Shown: one piece after another, positions 17,241 to 22,978 of the stretch
Layout: each line of letters begins with the position of its first letter
How positions within the stretch are numbered: the stretch's first letter is position 1
DNA from: Calothrix sp. MO_167.B12
GTDB lineage: Bacteria; Cyanobacteriota; Cyanobacteriia; Cyanobacteriales; Nostocaceae
Direction: 5' to 3'
Assembly: GCA_030066045.1 (NCBI GenBank)
Contig: JASJCJ010000108.1
Location: 1-22,978, forward strand
DNA length: 22,978 nt
The notes under the pieces: model-generated
What the model saw: only the letters and a program-made list of their open reading frames with translations
Databases searched by the model: none
Told to the model about the DNA's origin: nothing
Program-made: the position numbers and the translations under genes

Positions 17241-19715
17241 ATGGGTACTGTTACTCTTAGATTAAAGCATATACTTTTTCTGACTTCAGCAGTTGTTATG
17301 CTTCCTGACACAGTTTTTAGCCAGGATAATCAAAAAGCATCAATTGGAGAATTTAGCAAATCAGAATCATCATCAAATCCCTATTCAGTTAATACACCTG
17401 ACTCTATATCTGTCTCCATTCCCGAGCCGGAATCTTTTCAGGATTTATCAGAGTTGGGAGGTTATTCCCAGAATCAGAAGACTTTATTAGTTCAGCAGAC
17501 AAGAGTAACGGACTTAGGCTCTGAGAATAGCGATAAACAGCCTTGTACTCCCGTAAATATTGGAGATGTAGAGTTTCCGAAGCTGGTAGATTTAACCTCT
17601 AATAAAATTAATCAAAAACCTTGTGTTCCCACTAATATCGGACAACCAGAATTTTCTAGTAGAAGTTTACACAAACAAACTGGAGTTGCAGAACTAGAGA
17701 AACAGCAAATATCCACAAAGTCTGATGATTCCAGAAATTTTCCTTTGGTGGCGAAACTAGATAAAAAACCAGCAGTTATAAAAGATAAAGAAAAACCCTC
17801 AGGCGATCCAAAATATATCGATCCACCCCATATAGTTCCAAATAAAAAAGTACATCCTTTGACAACACAATTAATACTTAATGACCAAGTTATTAATCAT
17901 TTAACAACAGGTGAGATTTTTGGTGCTGTTAGTTTTGGTGATGATCGTAATACTAATTTTAATGTTAATGGAATTCTGAAGATAGATGGTGAAATTGAAA
18001 AAAGTGTGAGCAGGGAAAATATCCTTCTGAGGAAGCAAACAGGTCGTTATATACAGTTGCAAACAGTAAATAGAAATAGGAAAGTGGAAGTTAGTACTAA
18101 ACAACCACAAACTTTGACAGGTATAGATGTTCAGTTAAGTTTGATTGCTTCCTGTATTGAAGATCCAGATAACCTCTGTACTTTTACTCCTAGTATTTTT
18201 ACTGATGAAAATTTTTTCGACCCTGCATCTCTACAACCAACATCCTTTTTGCAGCCTTCTAAATTTGGTGAGATAGTAACTCCAGAATCATTTGCTGCTA
18301 TCCAAGAACCTGGTTTCCAATCTGGAGCTGAAGGACAAGAAATTGGTGTAAATTTATCTTTTCCTAATACTGGTTCTTCATTTGGAAATACTCAATCTGA
18401 TAGAGCTTTTGTAACTAGGGAAGAAACTATTAAAAATACACCTACGGCATTTTATTCTACAGTGAGACAGGTTTTTAAAGCCAATGATAGAAAAGCTGTC
18501 GTTGGTCGTACAGTACGTGGTTTTGGATTTATATTAAATGATGACAACTTTTTACTGAACTCTGGCTTACAACTTGCTCATATTTTTTTACCTAATGCTG
18601 AGCCTCAGATTAAACCTGGGGTAAAGCCTGCTAATAGAAATATTAATCGTAATTTATTTTTTGCTGTTAACAATGTGCGTCAACCAATCAATAGTAAAGT
18701 CATTTATCATGCTGGTCTTGGATCAGCAAAAACTCCAACACAAAAGGTTAAAAATAGTAATCAAATTCCTGCTGCTAGATTTAACAGTATCTGGTTTGGC
18801 CTTTCTCCAATCAAAAAAATTAAGCTTTCTGGTAAATCTCGTTATGAAATTATAGGTGATCCTCGAATTATCGCTGCAGGTGGTTCAGAAGGTGCAGCCG
18901 AATTTGACAATAATGTAATCTCAGTAATAGACGATCAAGTTTTTTCCAATGCCACTCTAGATAATATTTACAACCAAGTTTATGTCACAGGATTGCAACG
19001 AGATGCTAATTTTGTCAGCTCTAGTAGTTTCCAAGAGGTAACAAATTATTATCCACATATTAGTTTTAGCGGCAATATTACCGATAGCCAAGATATTTTT
19101 AGATACTATGGAGGCTTAATTACTTCAGAACAAATCAAAGCATATCTTGGTGTAGATTTTACGAGAAATACACGCAATGCTTGGAGCTATTCATTAGGAG
19201 GAATAGCATATACCAACCCCGATAGAGATTATTATAGTAAAATACAGGGTAGTATTTCCAAAAGAATCAACCTGAGCAAGAATTCTTTACTGTTACTTTC
19301 TACTGGATTTAATTATGCTTTCGATGGTAATACGAAAGTAAATGGTGTAAATATTAGTAATTCTGCTAGTTCAGTTAGGCTAGGGGCAACAGTTAAATTT
19401 GGCTCAGTCTCTCTGGGATTGTTTAATTATTTTGGAGATATATTACCAAATTCCGTTGATAGTTATTTATTAGCTAATGTAGGAATTAGATTTAGTAATA
19501 ATTTTCAAGTATCGGCATATTATAAACCCATTGATGAGAGTCGCAGTACTTCTCGTTATGGAGCTAGTGCCAGTTTAAGATTAGGCAAAATAAAAAATCA
19601 TATTTTTTCAATTTCCTGGGCTAATAATGAATATCAATTTGGAACCGATGCTGAGGGTAATCAATTGGATATAAGTAATAATGCATTTACTATTTTATTC
19701 AAATCAGCTTTTTAG
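17241..19715 (+). CDS. Large secreted protein, putative outer-membrane beta-barrel protein (family not recognised)
   Basis: N-terminal signal-like segment (LKHILFLTSAVVMLPDTVFSQ). The C-terminal third is rich in alternating hydrophobic/polar beta-strand patterns and ends in an aromatic residue (...FTILFKSAF), typical of BAM substrates. Confidence 0.7.
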   Translation: MGTVTLRLKHILFLTSAVVMLPDTVFSQDNQKASIGEFSKSESSSNPYSVNTPDSISVSIPEPESFQDLSELGGYSQNQKTLLVQQTRVTDLGSENSDKQPCTPVNIGDVEFPKLVDLTSNKINQKPCVPTNIGQPEFSSRSLHKQTGVAELEKQQISTKSDDSRNFPLVAKLDKKPAVIKDKEKPSGDPKYIDPPHIVPNKKVHPLTTQLILNDQVINHLTTGEIFGAVSFGDDRNTNFNVNGILKIDGEIEKSVSRENILLRKQTGRYIQLQTVNRNRKVEVSTKQPQTLTGIDVQLSLIASCIEDPDNLCTFTPSIFTDENFFDPASLQPTSFLQPSKFGEIVTPESFAAIQEPGFQSGAEGQEIGVNLSFPNTGSSFGNTQSDRAFVTREETIKNTPTAFYSTVRQVFKANDRKAVVGRTVRGFGFILNDDNFLLNSGLQLAHIFLPNAEPQIKPGVKPANRNINRNLFFAVNNVRQPINSKVIYHAGLGSAKTPTQKVKNSNQIPAARFNSIWFGLSPIKKIKLSGKSRYEIIGDPRIIAAGGSEGAAEFDNNVISVIDDQVFSNATLDNIYNQVYVTGLQRDANFVSSSSFQEVTNYYPHISFSGNITDSQDIFRYYGGLITSEQIKAYLGVDFTRNTRNAWSYSLGGIAYTNPDRDYYSKIQGSISKRINLSKNSLLLLSTGFNYAFDGNTKVNGVNISNSASSVRLGATVKFGSVSLGLFNYFGDILPNSVDSYLLANVGIRFSNNFQVSAYYKPIDESRSTSRYGASASLRLGKIKNHIFSISWANNEYQFGTDAEGNQLDISNNAFTILFKSAF

Positions 19716-19752
19716 AGCGTGTTCATAACATAATCATGAAAGTGTAGTGGAT

Positions 19753-19897
19753 TGACACAGCTAAAATAGTGCAATAGGTGTAAGTTGGGTTGAAGAATGT
19801 AGACGCAACAGCGGCTTGGAGCAGAGTAACCCAACACCAGTAAAGCTTTGTTGGGTTTCCCTATCGCTCAACCCAACCTACATTTTTAGGTGTGTCA
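19753..19897. repeat. MITE-like imperfect long hairpin element
   Basis: Ends TGACACA ... TGTGTCA enclose the inverted motifs ttgggttgaag / caacccaacc. It lies just downstream of the 824-aa gene. Confidence 0.5.
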
Positions 19898-19940
19898 GTT
19901 ATTAATAATAATTAGCCAGATAATCATAGTTTTCAAGTAA

Positions 19941-20257
19941 CACATATCTTGCAGTAATGAAGTTGAAGGTTAAGGTGGGCAAGGTTCATCTTAGTTATAA
20001 CTTAAACGTGAGTTCGACGAAATTTTGATGCTAAAACCCTTATGAATCAAGGATTTGTACAATTCAAGTCAGGAGTCACTGACCAAATAGTTGAGAATAA
20101 ACTCAACAATTAACCTAAACTTCGTAAATCAGTATGAATTCGACAGAGTTCAGGTAAATTTTAACTCCGAACTCCGAACTCCGAACTCCGAACTCACGTT
20201 AACTTAAGTATTTCAATCTCTGCTGCATCAAGGATAATATTGTGGTGGAATATGTGA
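19941..20257. mobile_element. Degenerate MITE copy 4 carrying a nested second element
   Basis: Outer ends CACATATCTTGCAG ... GGTGGAATATGTG with a remnant AAGGTGGGCAAGG core. Inside, a second element is bounded by the inverted repeats aacgtgagttcg / cgaactcacgtt and contains (CCGAACT)x4. Confidence 0.6.
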
Positions 20258-20574
20258 ATAAATAAACCCGGTTCCTATAAGAAATCATTGTTGTTAACAA
20301 TAGAAATCTATAAAAAACCGGGTTGATGACTGTGGATTTATAAGTCCTGGCTATATCAAGATAAAAAATGAAAATTAGTTAGTGGATGCATACCCATTCT
20401 AAATTCAGATAAAATACTAAATTATTGATTGGGGATGCATCATGACTCCAGAAATGTCTACATAATCAATTGCTAGAAAGTGCTAGTTCAATCCAGCTAA
20501 TAGTTATGAGACATGAAGAGTACCTAAGTAATAGATTTCATCTTTGTTTTCAGCTGATTAAATCCTACAAACCT

Positions 20575-20937
20575 CTACAGTCCTAGATCATCTTTTAGCT
20601 TGATTTTACTACCATCTGCACCGACTACTTTTGCCTCATTGGCTTCACCTGCTGCTGCACTAGCATCAAAAATTTTCTTACCATTTGGTCTCAATATCAT
20701 ACTTCCAGTAACCGCTGCTGAGTCTTCACCTGCTGCTACACCCACATTAAGATTGCGAATTGTACCATTCACATCCATTGTTGCTTGTACAAATGCTGCC
20801 GCTGCACCATCTTTGCCTCCGGTAGCAGTGTCACCATCAACAGAGATTGATGAGCCAGCCAAAGCAGCAGAGGACATACCGAAAATACCAGCAGAAGCAG
20901 CAATTACAGCAACTGCTAATGTTTGATTAAATTTCAT
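20575..20937 (-). CDS. Small secreted Ala/Gly-rich protein of unknown function
   Basis: The minus strand reads CAGGAGAATGTCGATG, so the SD favours the start MKFNQTLAVAVIAASAGIFGMSSAALA (a Sec signal peptide with an AxA site). The mature part is about 93 aa, Ala/Gly/Asp-rich, with no Cys. The track ORF starts 11 codons earlier. Confidence 0.7.
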   Translation of the reverse strand: MKFNQTLAVAVIAASAGIFGMSSAALAGSSISVDGDTATGGKDGAAAAFVQATMDVNGTIRNLNVGVAAGEDSAAVTGSMILRPNGKKIFDASAAAGEANEAKVVGADGSKIKLKDDLGL

Positions 20938-21591
20938 CGACATTCTCCTGTTTGAGGTGATATAGTACATATTGAGTCACTTCTATGTCTAGAAATATAC
21001 TCAAGTAATTGAACAACTTGACTAGCAAAGTAATTTCACATCTACCAATTGCGTATTCTTAAGTAATAGTAGTTAGGCCACTACAAATTACTTAATCTAA
21101 TGTCTACTAGAATCAATCCGTCGGCCGTACGGATTGACCTAAAATAAATATAGTTATTTGCACGCAAGTTTGGATTGATAATGGTAATACTGCCAGTATT
21201 GCCATACAATCAATTGTTTATTGGTAAAATTGAAATTGCTACGCAAGTCAATTATTGGGAATCACAAGAGTAATAAAATATACCCTTGTTTGTGTCAGCA
21301 TAATTACTGTGTTATCTGTGCTGCACGTTTTTATATTAAATCATTGGTTGTTTTTTTTCTAGATGTTCGAGTAAACAACTAGGCAAATTTGTAAAAAATA
21401 TACATAAAACTATTTAAGAGTAAAGAGTGTGTAAACCTCTTGATAATATTCCGGATGCATCGTGATTGGCTGAAACCTTTGCCATACCTACATTCACGAC
21501 TATCCATACAGCCTAAAAAACAAAAATATGCATTTGTATCCCTTGCATATTTCTGCATATTACTCAGAATATTTTCTGAAAAGAGTATAAG

Positions 21592-22365
21592 TTAAGACAC
21601 CACCACATGGCTCAATTCATCGGGAGTGAGGTGGGAGTGGACTACTTGACCATCAATAAACCAAGCTATTCTTTGGGTATGACGAGCCACTTCTAACTCA
21701 TGAGTTACCATTACCACAGTCATGCCACTAGCATTAAGTTCGCCAAAGATTGCTAATACTTCTTGGGTGGTATGGGAATCAAGAGCACCTGTGGGTTCAT
21801 CAGCTAAAAGTAATACTGGGTGGTTGACAATAGCGCGAGCGATCGCTACTCTTTGTTGTTGTCCCCCAGAGAGTTGGGTTGGTTTATTATGCAGACGTTT
21901 TTCTAAACCAACTTTGATGAGTGCTTCTGTGGCTCTGTCATGACGCTCTTGGGATGATACGCTGGCATATACCATCGGTAACATGACATTTTCTAGGGCG
22001 GTGAGTTGGGGTAAAAGATGGAATTGCTGGAATACAAAGCCGATTTTTTGATTGCGGATATGAGCCAATTGTGTATCATCCATTTGGGCAACATCTACAT
22101 TATCTAGATAATAATTGCCAGAGGTGGGACGATCTAAACAACCAATAATATTCATGGCTGTGGATTTACCAGAACCAGATGGTCCCATAATGGAACAATA
22201 TTCCCCCGTTTCCACAATTAGATTGACATCGTTAAGTGCGCGAACTTCTGTGTCACCACTGCCATATATCTTAAAAATATGCTCTAAGTGAATAATTTTT
22301 TTGGTAGGTGCGGTGATAATTTGTGAGTCTTGAGTATTAATATGTTGGTTCATGGTTAATATCAT
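21592..22365 (-). CDS. ABC transporter ATP-binding protein, MacB/LolD/FtsE-like subfamily
   Basis: Walker [11 protein letters not shown]-loop [10 protein letters not shown], signature [14 protein letters not shown], Walker [13 protein letters not shown] and H-loop VTHE. An alternative start is Met5. Confidence 0.9.
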   Translation of the reverse strand: MILTMNQHINTQDSQIITAPTKKIIHLEHIFKIYGSGDTEVRALNDVNLIVETGEYCSIMGPSGSGKSTAMNIIGCLDRPTSGNYYLDNVDVAQMDDTQLAHIRNQKIGFVFQQFHLLPQLTALENVMLPMVYASVSSQERHDRATEALIKVGLEKRLHNKPTQLSGGQQQRVAIARAIVNHPVLLLADEPTGALDSHTTQEVLAIFGELNASGMTVVMVTHELEVARHTQRIAWFIDGQVVHSHLTPDELSHVVVS

Positions 22366-22756
22366 GTTCGCTTAATGACTTATAATTCCTATTTGATTCA
22401 CTCCAATCCTATCTTCCCCTCTCCTTTTATAAGGAGAGGTTAACCCAGGCGAGTGAGGTTTTATAAGTATTCATCCGCACATATATAACACAGCATAAGC
22501 AATACCATTTTGGATTTTGGACTTTAGGGGGACTCTAATCACATCCGTTGGTAATTTCAATTCTGGAAATCTCCTAATTTGACACTCCCCGCAATAAATT
22601 GACGGGGATTCTAGGGATGTCTAATCGGGGGATAAATCCTCTCTGCTCGTTTTCCGTTTTCATCCTCCGGCTAAAGCCGGGAGGCTCTCAACGTTTTTCT
22701 TGGTAGGTTAATCCAAAATCTCCAAGTCATTTTATATTGACAGATAGATACAAAAT

Positions 22757-22780
22757 AGGTTCCGCACACTCACGGAACCT
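22757..22780 (-). terminator. Candidate intrinsic terminator of the Psb34-like gene
   Basis: 8-bp stem aggttccg/cggaacct with an 8-nt loop, 19 nt past the stop codon. On the transcribed strand it is followed by ATTTTGT. Confidence 0.5.
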
Positions 22781-22798
22781 TAACTTGAATATAGATAC

Positions 22799-22978
22799 TT
22801 AACTCACAGTGGAAACTGAATAAGCAACAAAAATTAAGCTACCAACTAAAGCCAGAGCTAAAATGCTCAGAAAAATATAATTGCGTTTTTGATTTGCTGT
22901 GGGTGGTTCAGCTCGGTAAACCTTAGGTTCACGAGCAAAATTGTTGAGACGACCACCTTCTTCGTTTGTGTAGGGCAT
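22799..22978 (-). CDS. Psb34/ssl1498-family small one-helix protein (59 aa)
   Basis: Hand translation of the reverse complement gives MPYTNEEGGRLNNFAREPKVYRAEPPTANQKRNYIFLSILALALVGSLIFVAYSVSTVS*. The N-terminal GGRLNNFA.EPK motif plus a single TM helix matches my memory of the ssl1498 (Psb34) family. The ATG is the last codon of the window, so upstream extension cannot be excluded. The ORF is below the track's length cutoff. Confidence 0.6.
   Translation of the reverse strand: MPYTNEEGGRLNNFAREPKVYRAEPPTANQKRNYIFLSILALALVGSLIFVAYSVSTVS

Noticed and set aside
3482-20257. The repeated 109-bp elements considered as a CRISPR array.
   Set aside because: The copies are kilobases apart and each is an inverted-repeat hairpin with TIRs. 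There are no short regular spacers and no cas genes in the window.
21388-21402. NtcA-like site GTA-N-TAC upstream of the small secreted protein gene.
   Set aside because: The spacer is 7 nt rather than the canonical 8, and the region is very AT-rich, so a chance match is likely.

Overview
The window looks like chromosomal DNA from a filamentous, Nostoc/Anabaena-like cyanobacterium. Support: at least 14 copies of the HIP1 octamer GCGATCGC, many heptamer short tandem repeats, several MITE-like hairpin elements, and cyanobacterial housekeeping genes. Left to right it contains: a complete pstSCAB phosphate-uptake operon (minus strand) with a candidate Pho-box array; a Rossmann-fold oxidoreductase; and a STAND NTPase (alpha/beta-hydrolase remnant, NB-ARC, TPR) broken by one in-frame TGA. 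Centred in the window is a compact peptide-export locus. It has a C39-peptidase ABC exporter (9224-11380, -), a small ORF directly upstream encoding a double-glycine-leader precursor (11656-11841, -), and a divergent HlyD-family adaptor (12511-13824, +). The predicted 36-aa core of the precursor is almost entirely Gly/Tyr/Arg octad repeats. To the right lie an acidic hypothetical protein, tRNA-Thr(CGU), a DUF3493-like membrane protein, a PlsC/DGAT-like acyltransferase, an 824-aa putative outer-membrane beta-barrel protein, a small secreted Ala/Gly-rich protein, an orphan MacB/LolD-type ABC ATPase, and a 59-aa Psb34/ssl1498-like ORF at the right edge that the ORF track missed. The Gly/Tyr/Arg repeat peptide with its dedicated exporter is the most interesting candidate. 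I see no modification or immunity gene next to it. All functional calls come from reading motifs by eye; no database search was possible.
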